From contig CAVYXA010000001.1 of NCBI GenBank assembly GCA_963772365.1, positions 1,536,001 through 1,600,000 on the forward strand: a stretch of DNA of 64,000 nucleotides. The letters are read 5' to 3'. Source of the DNA: an uncultured Verrucomicrobiae bacterium. GTDB lineage: Bacteria > Verrucomicrobiota > Verrucomicrobiia > Chthoniobacterales > UBA10450. Below the pieces are notes generated by a model, which saw only the letters and a program-made list of their open reading frames with translations, was not told the origin of the DNA and did no database searches. The translations under genes and the position numbers were made by a program. Every line of letters begins with the position of its first letter. The stretch's first letter is position 1. Of the stretch, positions 50,196 to 59,682 are shown one piece after another.

Positions 50196-50223
50196 ACAAT
50201 AGATGCCGAACACAAGCTGTCAA
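50196..50223 (-). promoter_or_regulatory. Putative sigma-70 promoter of rplA-rplJ-rplL
   Basis: TTGACA-N16-TATTGT. Confidence 0.65.
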
Positions 50224-50322
50224 CTAGAGATCAATACGAAGTCGCAGCGTTAAGTGTTATCGTCCTGATTAGCCGTTAAAAAGCTTGCAAAATTCGCAGA
50301 TATCCTGGTAAAAACGGCCATT

Positions 50323-51165
50323 ATGAAACACCCCACTGGTTATAAATTGTCGATCCTCGCGCTTGCGCTTCTCGGCTGGATCCAGACGACCTCCGCACGG
50401 CCGATCGATTTTAAAGAATTATCGCTGTTGGTTCGATCGCACGAGAGCGAAAGTTCGATCCGGCAGGATGTGGCCGATCGGAAGCTCATGCATTCGCTGA
50501 CTTCACAACAGGAAAACAAACTCAAGTCCGAAGGGGCGAGCGATTCCCTTGTTCGCTACCTGCGCAATTCCGATCTCGTTGTTTCAAAAGATGAGGCTGC
50601 CAGCTACGAAGTGACCCGTGAGCAGCAATCCAAAATCCCGGCCTTACAAAACGGAGGGACTGGCGCGCAGGGCAAGCTGTATGTATTTGATGTCGCGTTT
50701 GGACATCCCATTAATCTAAGTCAGTGGGGCGGGTACGATTGCGAACTCGCATTTTACGCGTACCGCTCGGCCGGTGAAGACATCATCGAGCCGGTGATGA
50801 TCGACAACGTCCGCACCGGTTCGGTTGTAAGCCGGGTGATCCCGAGTGCAGGACTGAGCGAGAACGAAGCGTTCGCCGGCGAATCGTATCGCAGGCAGCG
50901 TTTCATCACGAACGACGACAATGGCCATCGATTCACGCCGTACGATTCGCGGGGCGATCTCAAAGATGACCGCTTCAACTTCAGCGACACGGCCTCAGTC
51001 AGCTCGCAGTCTGCATCTCGCCCGCTCGCGATCGACTGGAGAAACCCGGTCTCTGTCGAAGGTGTTCCCTACGCGTTATATCCGGTTTATGGAGCGGGTG
51101 GCGTTTCGCTCTATTACATTGGTGGGTCGAGCAGTTCCGTGAAGCTCGCCGTCGCCACGCGCTAG
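50323..51165 (+). CDS. Hypothetical secreted protein
   Basis: 280-aa ORF with signal peptide; no family recognised. Confidence 0.75.
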   Translation: MKHPTGYKLSILALALLGWIQTTSARPIDFKELSLLVRSHESESSIRQDVADRKLMHSLTSQQENKLKSEGASDSLVRYLRNSDLVVSKDEAASYEVTREQQSKIPALQNGGTGAQGKLYVFDVAFGHPINLSQWGGYDCELAFYAYRSAGEDIIEPVMIDNVRTGSVVSRVIPSAGLSENEAFAGESYRRQRFITNDDNGHRFTPYDSRGDLKDDRFNFSDTASVSSQSASRPLAIDWRNPVSVEGVPYALYPVYGAGGVSLYYIGGSSSSVKLAVATR

Positions 51166-51168
51166 ATT

Positions 51169-52542
51169 TCAATCCACTGGAATCTCAGGAGACGGTGCGT
51201 CGACGGAGGCCGCAGAACTCGATGTGGCCGGGCCGTTCCGGATGATTTTTCCTTCTTTCATTACGAACGAGACGCGCTCTGTCGCCGTGATGTCTTTGGT
51301 GGGGTCGCCCGGAATCGCGATGATATCAGCCAGCTTTCCTTTCTCTAACGTGCCGACTTTCTGAGCGATGCCGAGAAGGTCGGCATCATGCGATGTCGCA
51401 GATTTTAGAGCATCAATCGGCGTCATGCCGAGATCGACCATTAACTTGAATTCTTTGGCGTTTTGGCCGTGAGGAAAAACGGCCGCATCGGTTCCAAAAG
51501 AAATTTTCACGCCTAGCTTCACGGCGTTGCGAAACATTTCTGTGCGCGCCTCCATCGCTGCTTTGGCTTTCGCCTGTAGCACAGGGGGGTAGTTCCCGAT
51601 TTTGCCCATGATCCATTCTGACGCCATCAACGTAGGCGTGAGATACGTGCCTTTCGCTTTCATTTGCTTGAGCGTCTCCGGCTTCAAAAACGAACCGTGC
51701 TCGATGGAATCGACGCCGGCTGCAATTGCATCGCGCGCGGCTTGATCGCCGTGACAATGGACCGCTACTTTTTTGCGCAACCGATGCGATTCATCGACCA
51801 ACGCCGCCATCTCAGCCGGCGTCAGCTGCGGAGTGTCCACTTCATCGGCTAACGAAAGCACGCCGCCTGAGACCGCCGCTTTGATCACGTCGGCGCCGTT
51901 CTTCACTTCGAAACGAACGGCCTTCCGAATTTCATCCGGGCTATCGACAATCCCGTCGGTGTAATCCGGTTCTCGACCAAAGAGAAAATCGCGAAACCCG
52001 CTGGTAGGATCGAAGTGACCGCCGGTCGCGCCAATTCCTTTGGTCGCCACGAGCATGCGCGGCCCAACGATTACTCCTTTGTTGATCGAATTGCGCAGCG
52101 CAACATCGACAAATTCGCGGCTGCCAACGAACCGGCTGCCCAAATCGCGCACAGTAGTGAAACCGGCTTCCACAGTGGCGCGGGCGTAAGTTGTCGCTTT
52201 GATCGCTTGCTCGGCGACATTGAGATCGAGCTCGTGCAGGCGGCGAATATTGTAATCGCCGGAAAAATCCAGAGTCAGATGTGTGTGAGCATCCATAAAT
52301 CCTGGCGATAGCGTGGCATCGCCAAGGTCAATCACCTTTGCTCCGGCAGGCACGGCCAGATTCGAGCCTGCATCGACAATCTTGTCGCCCTGCACGATGA
52401 CGACGCAATTTTGAACAAGCGCGTTTGATTTCCCATCAAACATTCTCGCTGCTTTGAGCGCAATCGTTTGATCGGACGCATGAGCAGCGATTCCGAAACT
52501 GAGCAAGAGGAAAAGCAAAAGAATCCGCGACGCAATTTTCAT
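51169..52542 (-). CDS. Secreted amidohydrolase (Xaa-Pro dipeptidase-like)
   Basis: PGFMDAHTH, ADVIK, VAVHCHG, SIEHG, FGTDA, GKLADI. Confidence 0.92.
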   Translation of the reverse strand: MKIASRILLLFLLLSFGIAAHASDQTIALKAARMFDGKSNALVQNCVVIVQGDKIVDAGSNLAVPAGAKVIDLGDATLSPGFMDAHTHLTLDFSGDYNIRRLHELDLNVAEQAIKATTYARATVEAGFTTVRDLGSRFVGSREFVDVALRNSINKGVIVGPRMLVATKGIGATGGHFDPTSGFRDFLFGREPDYTDGIVDSPDEIRKAVRFEVKNGADVIKAAVSGGVLSLADEVDTPQLTPAEMAALVDESHRLRKKVAVHCHGDQAARDAIAAGVDSIEHGSFLKPETLKQMKAKGTYLTPTLMASEWIMGKIGNYPPVLQAKAKAAMEARTEMFRNAVKLGVKISFGTDAAVFPHGQNAKEFKLMVDLGMTPIDALKSATSHDADLLGIAQKVGTLEKGKLADIIAIPGDPTKDITATERVSFVMKEGKIIRNGPATSSSAASVDAPSPEIPVD

Positions 52543-52859
52543 GCGGGTTGTTTAGAAACAATTCGTTCTACTAGCAAGAACGGATTCGACCTGGAGCCCG
52601 TCGTGCGATGATTTAAGAGGCGGAACTAGCTGCGGGGTTTTTTGCCGTTCTTGAAAAAGCGCAGGTATCCTGCCCCGTGCCCGGCATTAATTGTCGATCC
52701 TACTAATTGGCACGTCGCCAATGATTGATCTCCTCAGCATCTGCCGGTTGATCTTGTCCCAACAGAATGCGAATATGGGCGACTTCGGCGACTACGGAAG
52801 TAGCGGTATAGTTTCCCAGCTTAACCGTTTCAGAATCGCTGAACAGCCGAGCATCTATT

Positions 52860-54030
52860 TTGGTACAGGTGATTGAAGAAGCTACAAATAATCGCACAGG
52901 CGTTATCTGGATAACCGGCTACTCCGGCGCCGGCAAAACCACTGTGGGCAGAATCGTGGAACGCGAGCTGAAACGTAAACGTGTGCCGGCAATTCTGCTG
53001 GATGGGGACGATTTACGGAATGTATTTGCTGAGAAGTGGGGCTACGCTCGAACAGACCGGATCGAACTGGCGCGCGTTTATTTTCGGCTTTGCAGTTATC
53101 TTTCCTCGCAGGGATTTACAGTCATTCTGGCGGCGGTCGCCATGTACGATGAGGTACGGGAATGGATCCGCTCGAACATACCGAACGTGATCGAGGTTTA
53201 CCTGGACGTTCCTGAGCAGGAGCGGATCCGCCGCGATAAGCTGACCAAGAATGTGTACTGTACGGCTTGGTTCGTTAGCCGAATTGTCACAGATGAACCG
53301 GCCAATCCGGACCTGCGAATACCCTCCTTTGGAGATATCTCGCCAGAAGCGGCGGCCGCTCGCGTAATCAGACGCTTTCTTTTTTCCGAAGGCGCAGAGA
53401 CGATCAATCGCGGTCAGAGCGAGATACTGGGAAAACTTCTACCGCGCAGCTGTGGGCGAACAGGCGCCTTCGCCCTTCGCGCAACACGTCATGAAGCGGC
53501 TCAGGGGCGATGAGCGATTGTTGGAAATAGGTTGTGGCAATGGCCGGGACGCGTCGTTTTTCTCTGCAAACGGGCTGCGTGTTGTGGCGCTGGATGCTTC
53601 CTCCGCTGCGATTGCGCTCTGCCAACGGTTGCACGGCGGCAATGGCATCGATTTCAAAGTAGGCCGGCTGGAAACTGAGCAAACAGGTATCGGCGATTCA
53701 TTTGATGCCATCTATTCTCGGTTCGTGCTTCACGCCATGACCCAGGCTGAGGAGGAAGAGATGCTGTTTGAAGCCTATAATCGCTTGCGGCCCGGCGGCT
53801 CGCTTTATCTGGAGTGCCGATCGATTAATGATCCTCTTGCCCGGGCGGGCGAGGTCATAAGTCCGACGGAAAGGATTCATGGCCATTATCGGCGTTTTAT
53901 TATTTTCGAGGAGCTTCGGCAGCGCTTAGAACGAGCCGGCTTCAATATTGATCACGCCTTGGAGAGCACTGGCCTAGCGCCGTACCGTGACGAGGACCCG
54001 GTCGTGATTCGCATCCGCGCCTCCAAGTGA
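52860..54030 (+). CDS. cysC: Adenylylsulfate (APS) kinase probably fused to a class I SAM methyltransferase (extra base near 53424)
   Basis: WITGYSGAGKTT and LLDGDDLR (CysC). Removing one A gives SE-YWENFYRAAVGEQ, continuous with LLEIGCGNGRD..FDAIYSRFVLHA. Confidence 0.8.
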
Positions 54031-55016
54031 TTTTGGCCGTGACTTTCAATTCTCTTATTCCGCCAAAGGACGAATGGTTCGCTCCCGACGCCGAGCCTCC
54101 TCCGTGGTTCGATGTTCTCGTTTACGATCACGGCCAATTTCCGCCAAAGGCCGACAAGAAAATCGTCTTTCATGCGGTGAATAAATCCGGGTCGCTTTGT
54201 TTGGATCGAGTAATTCGCGATTCGTTTTGCAGGCAAGGACGCAAGCACGAATTTTGTTCACACTATCACTCTGGGTTAACAGTTGAGAGATTTGTTGATG
54301 TTATTCGAACATCTGCTCCGCCCCGATTTTTTATTGGCCATCAGTTGTTCGGGAGAGTACCTCTGGGCGACCCGACTTTCACGATAATTACTCAGTTCCG
54401 ACACCCGCTCCCTCGGCTGTTGTCCTGCTATGAATGGACTCGCAAAAGGCACATTGCAAACGGAGGAACTCTAGAGAGTTTTTGTAGCTTCGAACAGTTT
54501 GTGCGCCGCGGTGCTGGAAAAAGCCACAGTCAGATAATCCAATTTGCCGCTAAATCAGGCGAAGATTCGCTAGCGATTCGGAGGTCGCTCACACCGAGAA
54601 AATTATTCGAACGCTCGCTCGAAAATATCGAGCGGTATCTCTATTTCGCAGGTATCGCGGAAATGTTTGAAGAGACAATCTTTCTTGTGGCGCACATCTG
54701 TGGTATCCAGAAGGTTCCACCGTGGAAAAGGGACCGGAGAAATGTCGAGCGTCCCATGGCTTGGACTTTAGCGCAGGAAACAATCAATCTCGTGCACGAA
54801 GTTTACCGCTACGATTTCGAGCTTTACGACTGGGCAAAACGACGACTTGAGCAATTGTTGCGCAAGATCACTCTCGCCGGTGATTTCGCTGCGTATCAGC
54901 GAAAATGCAATGATCAGTCCAATGATCGCTTGCTGTCCACCCATCAGCAAGCCGCGCGGCTGGCTTCGGCAGGGCAGCCGACTGATCAAGATTCTCGCGC
55001 GGCTCGGACAAGTTGA
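54027..55016 (+). CDS. Sulfotransferase family 2-like protein
   Basis: 5'-PSB-like IVFHAVNKSGSL, 3'-PB-like TQFRHPLPRLLSCY, FAGIAE, YDFELY. Confidence 0.75.
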   Translation: MILAVTFNSLIPPKDEWFAPDAEPPPWFDVLVYDHGQFPPKADKKIVFHAVNKSGSLCLDRVIRDSFCRQGRKHEFCSHYHSGLTVERFVDVIRTSAPPRFFIGHQLFGRVPLGDPTFTIITQFRHPLPRLLSCYEWTRKRHIANGGTLESFCSFEQFVRRGAGKSHSQIIQFAAKSGEDSLAIRRSLTPRKLFERSLENIERYLYFAGIAEMFEETIFLVAHICGIQKVPPWKRDRRNVERPMAWTLAQETINLVHEVYRYDFELYDWAKRRLEQLLRKITLAGDFAAYQRKCNDQSNDRLLSTHQQAARLASAGQPTDQDSRAARTS

Positions 55017-55089
55017 TTTTGACAGGCCGTGAGGCGAGGATTCGCTGTTTTCCTAGCATGCTTGGAGTCACCGGGATAAACTACCCAAA

Positions 55090-58000
55090 ATGCAGGTAAT
55101 AGTTTTAGGAATGCACCGCTCGGGCACGTCCGTGCTGGCCCGCTTGCTGAACATGATGGGCATCTATTTCGGCCCGGAAGGCGTCGCGACTAGGGCAAAT
55201 CAGGAAAATCCAAAAGGCTTTTGGGAGCGCCGCGATGTGCGTCAGGTAAACGATCGTTTGCTGCAAGCCGCAGGTGCGGACTGGGACAAAGTGGGAAGCT
55301 TTGCAATCGAAAAAATTCCGCAGCAAGCGCTCGAAAAAATCCAGCCGGAAATGCGCTCGATCCTGCTCGATCTCGACGCACATCGGCCCTGGTTTATTAA
55401 GGAACCGAGATTGTGTCTTCTTTTTCCGGTTTGGCAGCCGTTACTCGAAATGCCAATCTGCATCCACATCCATCGTCATCCGTTGGAAGTAGCTCTTTCA
55501 CTACGGGAACGAAACGGCTTTTCCATTCCGTTAGGCTTGGCTCTATGGGAGCGATACACCTTGGCGGCGTTCACAGCGACTACTGGTCTGCCCCGAATTC
55601 TAATTCCTCACGCACAGCTCCTAAGGTCACCGATGGAAACTCTGCAGGTCCTGGCGGGGCGATTGGTTGAGTCCGGAATGCGTGGACTGCGGGAGCCTGC
55701 CGAAGCGGAGATCAACGCGTTCATCAAGCCAAATCTTCACCATCATCGGTTCGACGATCACTCGGAGGTTCGAGATTATCTGCTCAAAAACCAACGCGAG
55801 TTACTGAAGCTGATCGAGTCCAGCAGAATTCTCGACAGACCTGCAACTGAGCTTCCCGATCTCTCCGCCTACTCGCTGGATCTGCTCAAGGCCCACGATT
55901 TTTCTCGTGAAAAGTTACTGGAACTCCGTAACCAACTGATCGAATCGGAAACGAAGATTTCGGCGCTCAAAGGGAAAGTACAGGAAAAGAATCTGGCTCT
56001 CCTCAACCGCGAGCAAAGAGCGACTATCGAGAAACAGACTCGAACCCTCCAGCAGCAAACCGAAAAAATCCAAGCCCAACAGGGAGCAATCGAGCGGCGC
56101 GAGCAGCAGCTTCGGCAGCAAAGTGAAAAGATCCTGGCCCAACAGCAAGCAATCGAGCAGCGTGAGCAGCAGCTTCGGCAGCAAAGTGAAAAGATCCTGG
56201 CCCAACAGCAAGCAGTCGAGCGGCGCGAGCAGCAGCTTCGGCAGCAAAGTGAAAAGATCCTGGCCCAACAGGAAACAATCGGGCGGCGTGATTACGAACT
56301 CCAGCTTTTCAGAGATGCTGAAAACCGCTGGAAGAAGGATTATGCCAATTTAGCCAAGTGGTCGGATCGCGTTCTCGACGATCTGAGCCGGGTTCTAGAA
56401 TCCAACCGCTGGCGTATAGGCTGCTGGTTGAGTCTGAAGTCTTCCGGCAGTACGAGCAAGGAAGCCAGGCGATTGGCTCAATTGCTGGCAAAGCGGCCGC
56501 AGCCACAAGCCTCGACAGCGATTGGTGAGAACAAAGACGTAGATCGGTTAGGATTACGCCCGGGAAACCGACCGGGTATTCCAAATCTACAAGAGCAGCC
56601 TGCTCCAGCGGCTCGTTCGCTTCATCAAGTTCTGGATCCTAGCCGATCATTAGCATCGTCTCAGCCGGAGCTGTTAAAAAAAAAGTGTGACGAAGCGCTC
56701 GCCTTTCGATTGATATCATCGGCGCGGAATGCCTTGCCTCGACCGCCGAGGCATATCCCCGAAACTGCGTCCGTGTGTTGCATTGTCCTGCATCAGGCAG
56801 GCGAAGAGCGTCTGCAGAACCTGCTAAGCTCCTTCCTACAGGTGAACACGTTCAAGCCGGTCGAGTTTCGCATCGTCTTGCACGGCTGCGCCGATAGGAG
56901 CCGCCAAGTGATCGAGTCGTTTCAGGATCGCTTATCTATTGATGTCACCGAGTACGCTGACAACAAATCGTTCGCCTATTCTAACAATCGCGTAGCAGAA
57001 GCGACCGATGCGCAGTATCTGCTTTTCCTCAATGACGATATCATTTTCCAGGATGATGTGATCCCGGAACTCGTTCGGTGCTTGCAAGATTCGAGGAACG
57101 GTCTGGTGGGGCTGCGGCTATTCTTTCCCAGCGGCCGAATGGGAAAAAGCGCTATCCTTCAGCACGCCGGAATCAAATTTTCTTCCGATCCCAAACATTT
57201 TTTCTATCGGCCGTTCAATCTAGGAATAGACCAACTCCTACCAGACAGTTCTCAGGTCCTGGAGAAATTTCCTGCCGTCACCGCAGCCTTAGCTGGTTGC
57301 AGACGGGCCGATTTTCTGGCCCTTGGCGGATTCTGCGAAAAGTTTCGATACGGTTATGAGGATGTCGATCTTTGTTTATCATTTCGCAGGGTTTTTGGTC
57401 TGCGATCGGTTTCGGCGAATTATGTCTCATGCATTCATGACGAAAGCGCCACGAGACGGGCCGACAGCAGCGAGGAAAGAAGAGAACGCAGCCTCGCCAA
57501 CATTGATCAATTAGTTCGACGTCACGGCTGGTACCTGCGCCGTCAGATCATGAGAGACAGAATGCTTGGCGGACTGTTTTTTTCTGATCAGCCACTTACC
57601 GTCGCCCTCACAGTAACAGAATCTGGCGACACTGCCGCTGCAGGCGATTTCTTTACAGCCTCAGAGTTTGGCCGCGCCTGCGAAGAAGAATTCGGCTGGC
57701 GAATACGTTACCTTTCTGCCGAAGAGGATTGGTACGACGTCGAGGGTGTCGATGTGCTGATCGTGCTGCTCGATTCATACGAGTTGGCCAAGGTTCGCAA
57801 CGCAGCTCCCGAATTGCTGAAAATCGCCTGGCTGCGCAACTGGTTCGACCGTTGGGCTTCACGAGCTGATTTCGATGCCTATGATTTGTATCTCTGTTCC
57901 TCAAAAAAATCCGCTCGCTGGCTGCGGGATGTGCACCGCAAACCAGCCTGGTTTTTTCCCCTGGCCACAAATCCAGATCGATTTACCAGAGGCAAACCGA

Positions 58001-59535
58001 CCAAAAGTATGCGATCCGACTATTGCTTCACAGGCAGCTACTGGCAGGCTGATCGTGACATCGCGACGGCGATCGCTCCGGCGAAGCTCCCGGAATATCA
58101 GTTCACGGTTTTTGGCAAAGGTTGGGAAGCCCACCCCAACCTCGCCGGCTATACTCAAGGCTTCAGGCCGTACTGGCAGATGCCGAATGTTTATGCCTCA
58201 ACCCGCGTGGTTGTGGATGATGCCAATCACGTCACCAAAGAATGGGCATCGGTGAACAGCCGGGTTTTCGATGCTCTGGCCGCCGGCGCCCTGGTCATCA
58301 CGAATGGGGAAGCCGGAGCCGCCGAATTATTCGATGGACAATTGCCGACCTACAGTTCTCCGGAAGAATTAGAGGCACTGCTCCGGCAATACTTGAGTAA
58401 TGAAGAGGAGCGACGCGGTTTAGTTGATCGGTTACGAAGGCAGGTGCTGTCTCGGCACACGTACCGCCATCGGGCTCGCAACCTCAAGCGTATTCTGATC
58501 GATCGCGCCCGGCGCGGCTACAGAATCGCGTTCAAGATCGGCGCACCTAGCCGCGAACAAGCCCGACACTGGGGAGATTATCATTTTGCGCGCTCACTCG
58601 GGCGTTGTTTCGCCGCCAAAGGTCATTCGTTTCGGATCGATTGCCTGGACGAGTGGGAGCGTCCGGAAACCTTTGGTGATGATGTGGTAATTGTCTTACG
58701 CGGTCTGAGTCGTTACCGGCCCAAGCCCGGCCAGATTAACTTGATGTGGAACATCAGCCATCCAGACAAGATCGACGAAGGAGAATACGAAGAGTTTGAT
58801 CACGTCTTTGTAGCTTCTGAAATTTACGCAGCGGAACTCGCAACCAGGCCAGGAATCTCGGTGAGTGCTCTGCTTCAATGCACTGATCCCGAAGTTTTTT
58901 ATCCGGATCCAAATCCGGAAATTCCATCGGAGAAGCTTCTCTTTGTGGGCAATTCCCGCAAGCAGTATCGCGAAGCCGTGCGTTTTGCGGTTGAGGCGGA
59001 ACTGCCACTTGGCGTTTATGGCACGCATTGGCCGATGTTTATTGCGGCCGATTACATCCGGGGCGAATTCATCGACAACTCCTCCCTGCGCCAGCACTAC
59101 AGCCGATGTGAAATCTTGCTGAACGATCACTGGCCTTCCATGCGGGAGGCCGGTTTTATTTCGAATCGGCTTTTCGACGGCGCGGCGGCAGGCGCTTTTG
59201 TCATTTCCGACGCAGCGGAAGGAGTAGCCGAAATTTTCGGTCCCGATCTGGTAACTTACAAGAGCCAGGCGGAGTTTCTGGCTGCGGTTGACTATTATCT
59301 GGCGCATCCGGATGAGCGGCGGAGGCGGGCCGAGCGGGTGCGGGCTCGAGTTTTGGAGGGGCATATTTTTGCCGATCGCGCCGAGGAGATTCTCACCAGG
59401 ATTCGCGACTTGGATCGAGAAAAGCGAAGTCCTGGCTACCTGATACTTCCCGAGAAGGACGACGGGAGCACTACTTTACCAGTCGCTCCAATGACGCTCG
59501 TGACGGCGAGCTCCGGCCAGCCGGGATACAAATGA
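55090..59535 (+). CDS. Multidomain sulfotransferase / coiled coil / GT2 / two CgeB-like glycosyltransferase domains
   Basis: LGMHRSGTS, NPKGFWE, KEPR, RHPLEVALS; Q/E-rich coiled coil; GT2 (SNN..LLFLNDD..GGF..YEDVDLC); two NSRVFDALAAG/SNRLFDGAAAG modules. Confidence 0.9.
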   Translation: MQVIVLGMHRSGTSVLARLLNMMGIYFGPEGVATRANQENPKGFWERRDVRQVNDRLLQAAGADWDKVGSFAIEKIPQQALEKIQPEMRSILLDLDAHRPWFIKEPRLCLLFPVWQPLLEMPICIHIHRHPLEVALSLRERNGFSIPLGLALWERYTLAAFTATTGLPRILIPHAQLLRSPMETLQVLAGRLVESGMRGLREPAEAEINAFIKPNLHHHRFDDHSEVRDYLLKNQRELLKLIESSRILDRPATELPDLSAYSLDLLKAHDFSREKLLELRNQLIESETKISALKGKVQEKNLALLNREQRATIEKQTRTLQQQTEKIQAQQGAIERREQQLRQQSEKILAQQQAIEQREQQLRQQSEKILAQQQAVERREQQLRQQSEKILAQQETIGRRDYELQLFRDAENRWKKDYANLAKWSDRVLDDLSRVLESNRWRIGCWLSLKSSGSTSKEARRLAQLLAKRPQPQASTAIGENKDVDRLGLRPGNRPGIPNLQEQPAPAARSLHQVLDPSRSLASSQPELLKKKCDEALAFRLISSARNALPRPPRHIPETASVCCIVLHQAGEERLQNLLSSFLQVNTFKPVEFRIVLHGCADRSRQVIESFQDRLSIDVTEYADNKSFAYSNNRVAEATDAQYLLFLNDDIIFQDDVIPELVRCLQDSRNGLVGLRLFFPSGRMGKSAILQHAGIKFSSDPKHFFYRPFNLGIDQLLPDSSQVLEKFPAVTAALAGCRRADFLALGGFCEKFRYGYEDVDLCLSFRRVFGLRSVSANYVSCIHDESATRRADSSEERRERSLANIDQLVRRHGWYLRRQIMRDRMLGGLFFSDQPLTVALTVTESGDTAAAGDFFTASEFGRACEEEFGWRIRYLSAEEDWYDVEGVDVLIVLLDSYELAKVRNAAPELLKIAWLRNWFDRWASRADFDAYDLYLCSSKKSARWLRDVHRKPAWFFPLATNPDRFTRGKPTKSMRSDYCFTGSYWQADRDIATAIAPAKLPEYQFTVFGKGWEAHPNLAGYTQGFRPYWQMPNVYASTRVVVDDANHVTKEWASVNSRVFDALAAGALVITNGEAGAAELFDGQLPTYSSPEELEALLRQYLSNEEERRGLVDRLRRQVLSRHTYRHRARNLKRILIDRARRGYRIAFKIGAPSREQARHWGDYHFARSLGRCFAAKGHSFRIDCLDEWERPETFGDDVVIVLRGLSRYRPKPGQINLMWNISHPDKIDEGEYEEFDHVFVASEIYAAELATRPGISVSALLQCTDPEVFYPDPNPEIPSEKLLFVGNSRKQYREAVRFAVEAELPLGVYGTHWPMFIAADYIRGEFIDNSSLRQHYSRCEILLNDHWPSMREAGFISNRLFDGAAAGAFVISDAAEGVAEIFGPDLVTYKSQAEFLAAVDYYLAHPDERRRRAERVRARVLEGHIFADRAEEILTRIRDLDREKRSPGYLILPEKDDGSTTLPVAPMTLVTASSGQPGYK
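56086..56290 (+). repeat. 63-bp coding tandem repeat (about 3.3 copies plus a degenerate upstream copy)
   Basis: Unit gcaatcgagcggcgcgagcagcagcttcggcagcaaagtgaaaagatcctggcccaacagcaa = AIERREQQLRQQSEKILAQQQ (21 aa, 3 heptads). Confidence 0.95.
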
Positions 59536-59682
59536 AGTTCGGCCCGCTGGCTGGAAGATTATGGCGAAGAAAACGTCTTGCTAATGCGAAAAGGACCGAC
59601 GAAAATTCCGGTTCCTCGCCGCCGCGCTTGTGCTTTGGTTTGCATCGTTGTCTTTCGCAGGAGCTTGTCTTAAAGGAGAGAT

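Noticed and set aside
52691..52876. 61-aa ORF and possible ops/JUMPstart element ahead of the glycan island
   Set aside because: The ORF has no recognisable motif or RBS, and ggcggaactagc at ~52619 does not match GGCGGTAG.
56086..56290. CRISPR-like array
   Set aside because: Contiguous in-frame tandem units with no unique spacers, and no cas genes.
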